Notes: generated by a model not told the origin, from the sequence alone. Positions 13,121-26,823 are shown, counted from the stretch's first letter. The stretch is DNA of 64,000 bases from Sphagnum compactum (GCA_965153455.1 OZ234493.1:20140213-20204212), one strand, 5' to 3'. Program-made: numbers and translations.

Positions 13121-16100
13121 CACAACCACTTTTACTAACCATATGGTTTTGGATGATCTTGAAACATAAAGAAAGCACACTAGGGTCCCCAAAAATTGTA
13201 ATCACAACTGTTGTTTTGCAAAATTTGATGATGTTTTTGAAATGTATTGTCACAAATGGAATTGTTCTTGTGAATTTTGAGGATATTTGATTAGCTTGAA
13301 CTTGGGCTAACCATTTTTTAAAAAAAATTAAATGATGAAAACTTAAAACTCTATGAGCATATTTATCACAGAAAAAATGTCATTATGAAAACATAAAAAT
13401 ATGCCTCCAAAAGTGGGGTTGTAAGTGATATTTTTGCATGAAACTTTGGGTGGCAAAAGATATTGATACAAACTACCAAATTTCATTGATATTATGGTTA
13501 GTATCACAAACTTCCTTAGGCAAAACTTCAATATGATTATAATGAATCATTATTTATTTAAGGTTTTTTTCACATCATTGTTGTGTATTTTTCACTTTAT
13601 TATTCTATTATTGATAAAATTCTTGTTGAAAATATATAAACATAATGAACAATGGTTTTGAGTTATTAATTCCATGATTATGATGATGAAAAGAATAACA
13701 GTTTGTCATTTTACCCTAATTTTCATGACACAAATGTAAAATTTTATCATTCAAGGAAACTTAAAATTTATATCATTTTAAAGAATAATTATGTTTATGT
13801 TTATGATAATAAAATATGATTTTAACATTTGTTGAAATAACTAAAAAATGACATTTGATCCTAATTACATTATATACAAGTTCTCATTAGTTTTACATAA
13901 TTATTTTTCCCTAGGAAGTTTGTGATTGGCAATATCAATGAAATTTTGACCATTGGATTGGTATGGAACAATTTAAAATGTTTGCATAAAACTATATGTC
14001 ACCAAAAATACTTATAAATATTATAGTTACTTTAACACTTCATGACATTTGCCTACATTGGGATAACCTTCTTTTACCCATAGTTTCATTGTCTAACATA
14101 GTTGGACTGGCGCAATTCACACAAAGCTTGAAATTCTACCCAATATTATTTCCCTTCAATTTGTCAACAATTACATACATATAGGAGTGCCAAATTGATT
14201 CAACACTTGGTCCCACAATGAATAGGCAAAAATACATAGTATATTGTATCTCCGGTATTAAGAAATTTTAATCTTGAATGATTTGATATGAAAGATATGT
14301 ACTCAATATATCTTAAGATGTGACTTAAAGACTATAGACTAAAACTATGTACAGTTAATATGTCACATATTACGAGACAATCTATTATTTGTAATGTGTT
14401 CATCATATTCATGACTTCGCCATTTGATGGTTCAGCAAGTCCACTGGTCAAAAGAAGTCCTTAGGATGAAAATTGTTCACAAAGATGATCAGAATGATGC
14501 AGTCATGGGCATGAGTACTTGATGGTCACATGGTGGCCTTAATTGTCTCATGCACAAATTATTACATACAAATGAAATCATTTAACACTAAAACTGGAAT
14601 GCATGAGAGACTGAATGTGACTTTCCTGACATACCTAACTGCCACCTGAATGCTCACTGGCCTATCACCTTGGACTTGCACTCAACAACAATTGCATACT
14701 TGTACACAAAACAAGAAACATGGTTCCTAATAACATGTGGTGTTTGTCATGAGAACAAATCAAGATTGAAACTATGAACTATTTTGAAGTTGTTGCTTGC
14801 CCCTTTTATAAAGTGGATCACATCATGAACTAATATGAAAATCCATGTGTGTGTGGTGTTAATGCATATTTTCTAGTCTTCTATAATCAAGAAGCTTTGA
14901 TTAGAACCAAATTCTTGTTATTCAAGCTTCTTGAGCATAGACTAGTAGGGACCCCATAATCGACACTGATGGTAATGCACAATGTAGCATTCTCTTGTAC
15001 ATGGGATTGCTCAATACCTGAGAAAAAAACATTTTCTGCAAAAAGGCAATTGCAGGAATTTAAAAAGTACTTAAGTACTACATCATTCATGGCAGTGTGG
15101 TGACAAGGTCGATGAGTGTAATCTGAGGCATACTGATCATGAGGTTTCCAGCATTTCAAGTTTCTCTGCAAAATGAAGGCTGCTTTCAAAAAAATCATTC
15201 TCTTGCAACAGAGACTTTGGTGATCATGGAGTAGCACTGTTTCAAGATCACATAGATATAATTGCAGTTTTTGTCCAGCTTGGGGAGGATGAAGATGAAA
15301 ATCTCAGTGGTTTTTTAGCAGTTCTCTGAACTAGCATCACTACCAATCATTCTTTAAAAAACATTTAGCATTAGTTTATGACATGTTTGTAAAAAACTGT
15401 CCAAACTGGCAAAACAATTGCCTCAAAACTAAAGTTTTGGGCAAATGTGGCAATCTTTATTTTTTATTTTTTGGGGGGCTAATTTGTGACATGATCTTCC
15501 TTCATAATTTTTGAGGTAGAAATTTTGTGAAAACTCACCACCCAAAAATAAAATAATATAATCACTGAAACCCACAAAATGTTCAAGTGCCTACATGTAG
15601 CTTAATATTTACACATGTAGGAATTTATCAAGAAGGCAACAAATATCATCAAGAGAACTTTTTTGACTTCTGAACACTTCATTTAGTACTTGAGCAGTGT
15701 TTTTCTTTTTTGGGATGGCGAGGGAAGGGAGGGGCAGGAATTTTGGCTTTTTTTTTACCTGAAAAATATGATTTCAACACATGCAAAGGACTTTTGTGTA
15801 AAAAATGCCCCTAATTCGCCAGATTTCAAAATATTTTGAAAAAACACTACTAGATTTCTACAACAAGTTCCAGCCGGTAGACAAAACATAACGGATTCTT
15901 AATTTCTTTTACTTCCATATCTAGTGTATCTACTTCTTGTTCAGGATCACCAATTTGGCCACATCACAAAAATTGGAATAAAGAACCCCCCCAAAAAAAA
16001 CTGTACAGAAACTTGAGTATTGACCTGATTCAGTGAATTTTTTTTCAATTATCTGATGTTGCATGATTGGTTTAGGATCCCAAGAGGGATTTAGCATTAA

Positions 16101-16439
16101 ATGACAATATGTCATGAGAACCCATCTAAATAGTAAAAATACTTGGTAGAAAAATGCTACCAAACTAAAATCAGAGTCCAAATGTGGCCAAAAAAAACTT
16201 CAAATTATTTTTTTTCCAAACTTGGTGATTTTTTTAAAAAGAAAAAAAACAAGAATATTGTGACAGAATATTCCCTTTAAAATTTTATTTTTATCATTTT
16301 GGCGAGATTTTGGGTCCCAAAAACTAAAACCGCTGACTTGATTAGATTAAAATTATTTGAGGCATTCCGAGTACCCGGAGGACGTCAACAAGCTTGACTA
16401 GTGGTCAAGCAGTCGGACTAGGGTTTTACGCCATTTGTA

Positions 16440-17440
16440 GGCAATGTCCTGGCGTAGGATGCAGCTGGTCGAAAGCTTGGGGCCTGTGTGAGCTCGTTCG
16501 CTCGCACCAACCCCTGAATTCCCAGAGAAAGCTCCGACCGGGCAGGGACTAGGGCAGAAGTTGAAGCGCATGGAGCTGCTCATCTTCGACTCCATCTCGA
16601 GGTTCTGGTTGTCGAAGTGGTGACGTTTACGGGGAGGTTCGAGTGACGCCTCGCACCAACCCCTCCATTCGAGGCTCCCAAAAAATCAAAGATTGGTTCC
16701 CTTAGCTACGAGATTTTTTACGCTATTCATCTCAAGAGAGTCTGAAAAATAAAAATAGCTGCTGATTTTCGTCAGAAGGATCCGAGCCGCTAATCTTGCG
16801 TTCGATGATGGAATTTTCAGAAGCTCAATTTCTGCGTCGAGGTTTGCGTTGTAGCTCCTACAGATTATAATTCTGAATTTTATCCTCCTCATATCATATT
16901 CAACATGCACCTTGACCCGTGACGGCTTCCAAGTTCCCATTTTTCTCATACCTAAATTGGTTAGGGTCTGCACCCAGCTCGGCGAAGAGCTTGGCAGCCA
17001 ACAAGTGTATGTTGACGGTGGGATGCAACTGCATGCCGAAGCTCTCGGCCCAGTGCATTTACCTTTTCTGATTGACCCAGGCGTTGGCTCCGAACCCGAA
17101 GGAAGTGCCAAGTGGGCAATGGACGCGTTCCTATCCTGTGCGCCTTGGCGTCTCAACGGTTGATCAATACATGATCAATTCCGTGATTGACAATCTGGAA
17201 AAAAAAAATCCCCACTTCTGGCACGCCTTCGCCGTCCCCTTCACAAGATCTTGTCTTTGGCTAAGCTTGCCTTCTTTCAATTGAAGAGCGACAGGAAAGT
17301 CAACGGCCCATAAACCCAGACTGTGTAACTTAAAGTCCACAGGGTCCCAGACAACAAGACCATGAGCTTCTTCAAAAGCAAACCTACGCTCCCCCCTGTA
17401 TGCGGATTCCTTGTGAGATTGATAGAACAGTACGAGTACT
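16440..17440 (-). pseudogene. 2-oxoglutarate/Fe(II)-dependent dioxygenase pseudogene (gibberellin-oxidase-like, DIOX_N + partial 2OG-FeII_Oxy)
   Basis: Exon 1 (~17440-16952) reads DFPVALQL..DLVKGTAKACQKWGFF/QIVNHGIDHVLINR* and SFGFGANAWVNQK..MHWAESFGMQLHP, ending at an AG|GTATGA donor at 16951. The exon-2 remnant (~16630-16440) reads HHF..SMRFNFCPSPCP..RAHTGP..ILRQD. Lesions are a frameshifting A10 run (17199-17208), a TGA at 17153-17155 and HxD changed to HTG. The C-terminal exon was not found. Confidence 0.8.
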
Positions 17441-17832
17441 ACAGGAAGGGTACAGCTTGCTAGGGTTGACACTAGCTAAGTCAGATGACAAAAGATCTGA
17501 TCTGCAGGACGCCTGAAGCAGTACGTCTGGTCAGACAAATGGACTACTCACAGGAAAACCCCAGCTAGATCATTACAGTAAACTCCCGAAACCAAGTGGT
17601 ACCTTCTGATCGATCCTCATGACACGACAACCATCAAACACCACCTAATGATCGCGCGATGGGTTGTAAAGGGCTACATTATAGCTGCATCCAGTAAGAG
17701 CTGTAATCCTGTGGAGAGTTGCAAGAGAATGAATCACCGGCATTTTTTGCTGCAGGAAATTGTAGTCCCAGCAAGTTGTCAGCTTTACGACTTTTGTGAC
17801 TGGAATGATCCGTTCAGCAGCTGATGCTGCAG

Positions 17833-17967
17833 GACCAGGGCGGCGCCGGGCGGGCCCTAGTCTGGTCTGGGGAGCAGTTACGTACGGACGGGGCGAGGAC
17901 CAGGAGAGTGTCGGGGCGGGCCCCGAGCCCGGGGGGGGGGCGGCGGGGGCCGAGAAGTAAAGTAGGA
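17833..17967 (-). mobile_element. GC-rich short insertion, probable Helitron 5' fragment
   Basis: An abrupt, very GC-rich block. The minus strand begins A|TCCTACTTTACTTCTCGGCCC, a Helitron-like TC start after A. It shares ACTTCTCG and GGCCC(C)GCCCCG motifs with 322-385 in the first Helitron. There is no canonical CTAG|T end. Confidence 0.4.
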
Positions 17968-18178
17968 TAGCAGACAAGGTGACTTCTTGCAACCCGGTTC
18001 CTGCTTCCCACCTACTTGCAAGCGACAGAGTTGTCTCCCTACGCTCGACAAGTTGGAAAGGCATGTCGCAGGATGTGCCTTCCAAGCAAGAGCATGTGTA
18101 TAATTCATTCCATCCATCATCCTCAAATGTTTCATCAAGCCTTTTAAGTATCATGGCACATGCTGAGTACAATGTACT

Positions 18179-18877
18179 AAGTGTTGGGCTGTGCTTTCTA
18201 AGAGAACCTCTGGTCTTGGTTTTGACACTAAAGTTGTTTTTTTTAGGTAGGTTCTTCTAATGTAGATTTGAGCTTTGAGCTTGGTTTTGCAAATTTTTTG
18301 ATCTTGCCGTTTCAGTTTTGGCACATTTTTTCCAAATTGAAGAACCTCCTCCCCTAGTTCAAAAATGACGTCTGGTTTCATGTACACATTCCCCAAGATT
18401 GGATATTGTATAAGTATGGAGTTTTACAACAAATTGAAATTGAGATTGACTGTATAAGTACGGAGTTTTACAACAAATTGAAATTGAGGTTGATTGTATA
18501 AGTACAAAGTTTTAAAACAAATTGACATTGAGCTTGATTGTATAAGTACAGAGTTTTACAATAAATTGAAGTTGGGGTCGATCGTATAAGTAAGAAATTT
18601 TACAACTAATTAAAACCAATCACTTATCTCTAAAGTTCAACTTACTTGTCAACTTTTGAAAAATGTTCAGCTTCAACGTACCTAAAGAACCTAAACCTAT
18701 GTTCAATGTATATTTTTATCAAGGTTCCAATTCTGATTTTGGTTCTAACAAATGTGAGTTCCACAATCTGGTTCTTGTGCCAGTTCCACCAAAAGGGTTC
18801 CAGTTTATGTCCAAGTCACAAGAACCTGAACCCTCAAGTTTAAGACTCCAAACCGGGGTACGCACCTGCCAACACTA
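18179..18877. mobile_element. hAT-like MITE with AGTGTTGG termini
   Basis: The left end is AAGTGTTGGGC and the right end GCCAACACTA. This is the same terminal motif as the hAT element at 56809. No TSD is recognisable. Confidence 0.55.
18407..18612. repeat. 44-bp tandem repeat, ~4.7 copies
   Basis: Units of TGTATAAGTAnnGAGTTTTACAACAAATTGAAATTGAGnTTGAn start at 18407, 18451, 18495, 18539 and 18583. Confidence 0.95.
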
Positions 18878-21800
18878 GTACATGCCATAGGCCATTGTGC
18901 CCATTTTGGTGCGCATTTGGAATTTCAGGCTTGCTCTACTGGGTTGCACCCGCAAATTCCTCACAGACACCTTCTTGGTCTTGTAAGTAATAGGTCTGGG
19001 CAGTTACGTGTGGTTGAGCCCCACAGGACCCTCCATCTTGTATGGGAACTAAAAAGAGCCAGAAATGGCCATAAGGAAACTCTTACTTTCTGGATCTCCT
19101 CAATAGTTCTTCAGTAAAATTGTTTAGTATATTGAATAATCATCCATTATGGTGGATATTACATATTAGACATATCACAGAACTTGGCATTGCAGGATCT
19201 GCATTATGGGTTAGTAACTGGGTTTGTTCAAAACTTCACACTTTGAAAGGCTCTTTGACACAGAAAAAAAAGTAGGTCAGCAGTTGCCATTTCGCCTTCC
19301 TAGTCATGATTGTATGATATCAAATACCAACTACATGCATCCAATGAGGTGTCACAATTGGTGTCCATTAAACCTACTGAAGGCAAGGAGTCCTCCCAGT
19401 TATTACTTGAAACTTGCACTACATACTGTCAAAGTTTAAAGAGGTTGTCATCTTTTGAGTGCAATTTGCCACACACAATGCTTTTAAGGTGCAGCTCCTT
19501 TTGTGGCCAGTTAATTTCTGTGAAATGATTGGCCTTATCTACTTTCGAATGTATATGCCTAATACTTTCTAAATGAGTTTGCAGCTTTAGATTTGGTGGC
19601 CTGGAAAAAGAGAAGCACCTCCTTGCCAGGACTAGGAAGTATAATCCTTTTCAGGACCCCAAATGCATTAAAGCATTTGAAATTCCCAATTAATTGCAAG
19701 TGTTTCTAGCATAGTCTCACCATGATGCTTGATGGATCGACATTTCCCACAAAGATGATTATATGTTTTCCCACATTTGCTTGAAGTTAAAGATGAATCC
19801 CCATTTCATCTTTTGCTCTATCAAGATCTTTGTTCAAGGTTCCCCACATTTTTTCCACATTCTGAAACTGCAAATAGTATTTACAGAATTTTCCCTTTGG
19901 AATTGGAATCTTAAAGTTGGGTGATTTCTTCTCTCACGTACTAGGTCAAAATTTCAAGCTGCAATATAAGATTCAACCTGATTGCATATGCTTCTATGGT
20001 GTCTCATAGTGTCCTTATGGTTCATTGATGGACCATTAGAAAATGAAAAAGATGATGAATGGTTAAATACTATCCCAACCATGGCAATTTGTTGCTTGAA
20101 ATTTTATATGATGGTTATGGTGTCACCAAAAAGAAAAGGGAAATACTTTCTACGTGAGTAAACCCCTAATACTGGACAAACAGACTCATTGTGTATTGCT
20201 GAAGTCTTATGAAACAGCAACACTTGCTTCAAGTATTATTTTTCATCAAATTCCTTACAGACATCTAAATTTTACTGTTTTAATTCTATGGACCACAAGG
20301 GATCAGTTTCTCTCCTGATTTCCTCTCGAGGAGTCAACCGGTTGTTTCATGGGAGTGGCAACTCATACCCCAACAATAGGAATCCCACTGATACTGACTT
20401 GACTACTTCACATTGTTCCTCTCAAACACTGGACAAAGATTCAGGGCAGGATCGATGAGTGTAACTATATTATTCTCCAATATCCCCTTGTTCCCAAAAC
20501 CCCCAAAGCTCCCACAATGCAGCAGGTATTCTCTCTTCAAGATGAAACACATTGCACACTCAACTCAAGATCCCCAAAGCCATCAAACACGAGCTGCCAC
20601 AACAACCACTCCAGAAATCCTTGACACATTCATCATCTCTCTTGTGTTGGTCCCTAAAAACATGCAAGACCTCTAGACCTCTTCCTGACACTCTTGGCAT
20701 AGCGGAAGTTCAAGCATCAAGGTTCTTATGAGCCAACAATCTTAATCAAGTTCCATCCCTAGCTAATTACAATACCAAAATCCAAATCGACTACACACTT
20801 GCTAGTCATCTTGAAAGTCTAACGACTTGGCTTCCTTTCTTCACCAAAATTCGCCCCCCTTTGTTTTCTCTAGCCAACATCATATATCCTCCTTCATTCC
20901 TCGTCCTTTCGTTCCCCAGAAAGCTCCCTACCAATCCCCTCGCAGAGCCGTGATTCACACAGTTCATGAAGAGTCTTCATTGAGCAACCAGGATCGCGTT
21001 CCATCACTAAAACCAACTCACCAAAATCCCTTTGCAATAACCTGCAAAACAACAAACCAAACCAAAAACATAAACAAACCAGAAAACAACTTCTTCGGCA
21101 CCCTTGAAACACCATATCGCCAGCAATTCAGCCATTTAGCTGAATGAGGGTTTGCAACCTTCATCCATAGAAAACATCTGACACTGTTTTTAGGTTACAA
21201 TGGGTGGATAAAATTATAACAATGGATCAGACACTAGAATTTTGAGCAAGCATTTTGAATCCATGAACTAAGTTCACATATTTGTTTTCCCAAATTTCCC
21301 ATATCACTTTGTCATTGAAAACTATACATATACTTGGAAGTCAAAGCTTGGAGGAGGGTGGGCCATTGCCACTATTATTATGATGGTTGCCTAAGGTGAC
21401 TATAGATTGAAAAGTCACCTGGTCAATGGTCATGCTTAGTCAACTAACAAAATGTTGCCCTTTTACACATTTGGTACACCGTGATACATGACATCTATTG
21501 GAGTTCACCTTCTATGATGCTACACATACTCTACTCAACACAACTAGTGTACATCTTGTGTGTTGGTGCATTGTATATGTACCATACCTATGACTCATGT
21601 TTGACAAATCTTGTCAAAATAATTGAAAAAAAAAAGGAGTCGGGCAGCTCCAATCTGAATATTTTACAATTTCAACAATAGTCTCTAAGTATGCTAGGTC
21701 CATTAATAAGTTTCAAAGTTATCTTGTGTTTTGAACTAGGTTTGATTTTATAAAATTTCAACAAATTGTTCTTAGTTTTTTCTTTTTATATATAGCTGGC

Positions 21801-22208
21801 CCTCTCAAGAATTAATCAGTGTGGAACATGAGTTGAAGGTATATAACACACAGTAAATTGTATAAAAAATTCATACAGAAAACACAAGCAAGAATTGAGA
21901 TGGCAGTGTGCACCAGAGATTGAATTGCAGAGTACCCATAGTATGCAAGGGACTTAGTTTAGGCCAGAGTGAACCAGCACCCATGGTTGTACAATGCAGG
22001 ATGGATGGTGTGTGGAAATGAAACAATTTTGTATACATTATTATCTTGCACCTAACCATGGTAGTTAGCTATGTGCTAACCATCCACCTGGATCTACCCA
22101 CCTAGTAGTCACCAAGTGTTTTCCTCATGTACCTACTTACATAATAACCAACCACTTGTGTTCCCTACCTACTTCCTTGTGGGACTTATCCACTTGTCCA
22201 TAGGTTCC

Positions 22209-22522
22209 TAGTGATTGTGCGGTTATTTGAATTTTCAAAGAACTGTTGGTTTCAGTTTTTCAAATATTTCAGAATCAAATAATCATCAGTTCTGATTCTT
22301 TGAAAAAATCAGAATCAAAGAACGACCTGCCATGGTTATTTCAAAAACCATACAGAACCTATGATTTTCATGAAAGAACTCATGAAGAACCAGCATTTTC
22401 TTGCTTTTCAATTTTTGAGCTCCATGGTTATATACCAGAATCAGGTCTTTGATTTTAATCCTAAGATCTGCCATGATAACAGTCAGGGGTCTGTTCCTGT
22501 TTCTAATGACTGCCCAACACAG
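22209..22522. mobile_element. hAT-like MITE, ~314 bp
   Basis: The left end is TAGTGATTGTGCGGTTATTTGAA. The right end reverse-complements to CTGTGTTGGGCAGTCATTAGAA. It belongs to the same TIR family as 18179 and 56809. Confidence 0.6.
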
Positions 22523-25077
22523 TTTGTTACCTAGGTAGGGGAAGGAGGAAGTAGGAGGGTTTATGCGATAGGTTGCCAAGGTGGAACCTTTGTAACTTAG
22601 TTGTGGAGTCATGGCAAGTTTCAAGAGATGGTGCACATAATCCCAGCTTTGGTGTAAAGAGAATGTCAGTGGTACTGAGTTTTTGCAGATGTACATGTAT
22701 GTATGGAAAAATGTCCTCCTCATGATACTTAGGCTCCCAAAGAATGGGCCTGTTTTGCAACTCCATGAGTTTCAAGTTCTCTAATCACTGCAAAGTGGCC
22801 ACCATGTGTGTTGTTTGAGAGAGTTTGTCAAGCCTGAAGCTATTAGGTAATCTATAGCAGTTAAGACATATTTGCACATGCACAACACAAATCAATAACT
22901 GGAAGTAGTCAAATGCTCAAGATGAACAAAACTTGGACTTTGTGCATTCATATAGTTACTAACATCATAGATACCATCCATATACAAGGAGTTCCAAAGT
23001 TGCCTTGCATTGTCGAATGATAGTTCTGCATGCTAATGAAAGACATTGTGAAGAAGCTCCTAGGCTACCTAATGTCACCGGACTTTTGGTAATATTTGTA
23101 CATGCATCTCTAAATTTGCACATGGATTGTTACATTTGTACATGGATCATTACAGATAGTTGAACTGGGCTGCAACTGTGGGCAGTTAATAGCATTCTTC
23201 AATAGGCACCTCTTACTTGAAATTTATTTGACATTAGAACATCAAATAGCATTCAAGTTTTAGCCCTAACTAATTTCTACAAATTTGAACGGAACTCAAG
23301 TTCCTTCGATTTCTAATTTCACTCAAATGAATCAAAATTTTATTAAATTAAATTCAAGTTCATCTAAATTCAATTGAAGAGAAATGGGATGCAAATTGGT
23401 GTAGAAAGTATTGAAAATCTACTTCCATGATTATGGTGTTGATGAAAAACTTTGGAAAGACACAAATCCAAAAAGACACCTTTTTATTCCTATTTGTTTG
23501 AGAATCGGCTAAACAAATTTCAATTTGAAACTATCCAAAGAACAATTTAAGGAATTTTAAGTTGTGCTTTGCAAACTAGTTCCAAAGAATTATCATCATG
23601 GGAATGAAATAAATTGTTAGATAATAATATTTTAAAAATTAATCAATGGTTCATATAATAGTCATGTGTTGAATTTGATCTTAATCCATTGCATAACTTA
23701 TTTTTATATTCAATATTATAATCCAAACATTAATGGGATCAAAGCACACTACAATGGACCAAAAATCATACTTGAGAATCCATCCCGAGTCCATATTTTA
23801 AGTGTATTTTAACCGTAGTGACCCTTGTAAAATTAAGTCTTAAACTAAAAACAATCAAATGATGTTGAAGCTTACAACATTTTTTCCTCATCTTTTCACT
23901 TTATACCACCATATTATAGACCTTTCTAAATGTTTTTAGTGAAGAAAATTTTTGAAAAAAATTCTCTATGTAGGTAAATGGACTTTGCAAAACATATTAT
24001 TTTGAGGTCATGAAATGGAATTTCAAAAAGACAAGAGAGTTTTCTTTCCATATTTTCTTACCTTTCACTGTCATAGACTTTAAAAGCAACATGTCCCAAA
24101 GTCTTGAGTAATTTCCATAAAATGGTATAACAAAAAAAGTTCATATAACTAATGGTTGAGAACTTTGGGGATACTAGATTTTTTAAGTTTGCCTTTGATT
24201 GAACATTGATGGTTTTGGTGCAAGTTTTTCAAAGTTGGAAAAATTAAGAAATAATGTTTCAATATCTTGAATCCTTTTGCCATATTTGTAATGTTTCATT
24301 TGAGGACTGTGCAATAATGCTTGTCAAACCTAGAAAAATGTACACTATGGCATCCATAAAAGTTCATCATAATTTATTTTTACCCTATGACTAGATAATT
24401 GAATATAACCAATGAAGCCTATTGTGAATTTTTTTGTAATTCATTCAAAGTCATCTATTTAATCATTGATTTTATATCATGGGTTAAATTACCAATTATG
24501 TTGGGTAGTTACCCAGTTTGGCAACATAGCTATGATGTGACCACATGAACATGAATGATGAGCCTATGAACATGAGAAATGAACATGTGAGTGACTTCAT
24601 GAACAAGAAAGTTATTCTTGCCATGTGGATAACATATTCTTGTGAACATGTATGATCCTTCTTGCCATGTCAAATGAATATTCCATCCATGTGGTAAAAA
24701 GAATTCTTTTAACATTTTGTTATGTCAACATTATTTTCCATCCTTTAAAGGGTTTCATTCCTCTAGTTTTCTATCATTAGAATTTTTTTCAAAATGTAAA
24801 TAAATTTAGTATGTCATGTTTTTGTATACAATGAATTTGGTTAATACATTGTCTTTTCAATTAAGTAATTAGATTCCTTAATATTAAATACAACCACACT
24901 TATTGCTTAAAGTATTTTACCATATTTGGGTGCACTCATGGTAAAATAGACTAGCAAATTACCTTGCACGAAAACATAAAAGTAATCAAAAAATAATTTG
25001 GGGGGAGGGGGTGGGGGGTGGGAGGCATAAGGTCGAATTTCGAATTTCAAAATAAGGTATAACTAAATATAAAGTAA

Positions 25078-26823
25078 CACTACTACAAATCCTGGTTGTT
25101 TAAGAATTTCAAGTTGACTAATTTGTCATTTTGATTAATAGACATGTCTTAAGAAAACACTTATTGTAAAATTTGGGATCTACATGTGGACCAAATAACC
25201 ATTTTAAAGGGGGGTATTAAATAATTGTTCAACCTAATTTTTTATCACCCTATTATTATCTAATTTTTTTTAAATATACACATTAAAGCCACTTTATATT
25301 AATTATAATCCATTATTTCAAACTATTACATACCTTATATTATAATTAAATTGATTATTTGAATAAAATGTACCCAATTTTTAACTAATTAACTTATAAT
25401 TTTTAACCAACATCCAATATATTGCACCTTATATTATTATTCATGTAATTTTTAATTTTTTAAACTATTGTCCACCCAGGGGACATGTACATTTTGATTA
25501 AACGCCAAGGGTTTAAATGACACATGTATTATTTGCCTAATCAACTTGATTATAATGTTTAATTTGATTAGATACATATAGTCAAGTTGTACAACCTTAA
25601 TTAAAATTGTCAATGGTCTTTCGTCAAGTTGAACATTTAATCAAAATCGTTAATGATTTTTAGTCAGAATGACCAATGGTCCTTTAGTCAAATTAAACAT
25701 TTAATCAAGATGGCCAATGATATTTAAATAGAATGATCAATGGTCATTAGTCAAGTGGAAACATTTAATCAAGATGGCCAATAATCTTTAATCAAATGTG
25801 ACATAATCTATTACCTTATGTATCTATCTTTACCTACTCACCCACCCATTTACCTAGCTAATTACTTACCTACTTATTACCCACCCACCCACCTACCTAC
25901 TACTTACCTACCTACCTATCTACCTATACCCTTTCACCTATCTACTTACCTACCCACCTACATGCATATTACCTACATCATACCTATCCACCCATTTACC
26001 TACCTAAGTTTTGCCATTAGGTGTAACCATTATATTTAGCCATTATATTTAACCATTAAATTTAGCCATTAGATTTACCCAAGTTTTAACCAAATTTTAG
26101 CCATTAAATTTAACTTAAATTTAACCACTAGATTCAAGCATTATGTTTAGCCACTAGATTTGGCACTATTTAGTTTAAATTGAACCATTAGATTTGGCCA
26201 CTAGGTATAGCTTAAATTTAACCATTAAGTATGTCAAATTAGGTTGGGCCAAGGTTTAACCACTATGTTAAACATTAGATTTACCCACTAAATTTAAGTT
26301 TAACCATTATGTTTAACCATTAAATTTAGTCACTAAGTTTAATAAATATGTTTAGCCAAGGTTTAATCATTATGTTTAACCAATTTAACCATTATGTATC
26401 TAGCCAAGGTTTAATCATTTTGTTTAACCATTAGATTTAGACATTAGGTTTAACAACAACTTAACCAAAATTTATCTATGAAGTTTAACCATTAGGTTTA
26501 GCCCAAGTTTAGTAATTATGTTTAACTATTACATTTAATCACTAGGTTTAGCCAAATTTTAGCCATGAAATTTTGCCATTAAGTTTATCAATTAAGTGTA
26601 ACCATTAGATTTAATCACTAAGTTTAGCCAAGGTTTAAACATTAAGTTTAAACATTAAATTTAAGCATTATATTAACCCACTAAATGTAGCCACTTCATC
26701 TAGCCATTATACCAAAAGGATGAATGTTCAATCCATTGTGGACTTTACAAAGCATGGTACATCCAATGTCATAGTCCAAACTACCCAAAAAAAACTATCA
26801 TTACAGACTTTTTTCTTCTAGTG
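25078..26823. mobile_element. Non-autonomous CACTA element
   Basis: It begins CACTACTACAAAT and ends TTCTTCTAGTG. It has subterminal TAGTCAAG/AATGG arrays, an (ACCT)n-like tract at ~25815-26010 and a TTAACCATTA-type array at ~26010-26710. The 5' part is homologous to the copy at 55401. Only a 2-bp AA flank matches, so pairing of the two ends is uncertain. Confidence 0.6.
25146..25482 (+). mobile_element. MITE with 4-bp TSD (ACAT), inserted in the CACTA element
   Basis: It is homologous over its full length to the reverse complement of 30031-30325. It is flanked by ACAT at 25142-25145 and 25483-25486. The paralogous CACTA copy at ~55467-55487 shows the empty site TAATAG-ACAT-GTCCATTTTGA. Confidence 0.8.

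Noticed and set aside
14887-15237. Possible terminal exon on the minus strand (acceptor near 15018)
   Set aside because: No recognisable protein motif or supporting upstream exons were found.
17645-18260. 175-aa ORF spanning the GC island
   Set aside because: The ORF length is inflated by the GC-rich insertion, and the flanking translations match no family I recognise.
18407-18612. CRISPR-like regularly spaced repeats
   Set aside because: The units are contiguous with no unique spacers, there are no cas genes and the context is eukaryotic. It is a minisatellite.
19100-21150. Possible LINE remnant on the minus strand
   Set aside because: The composition is suggestive, but no diagnostic RT, endonuclease or zinc-finger motif could be read confidently.
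25818-26039. YLPT-repeat ORF
   Set aside because: It is the translation of a degenerate (ACCT)n simple repeat.
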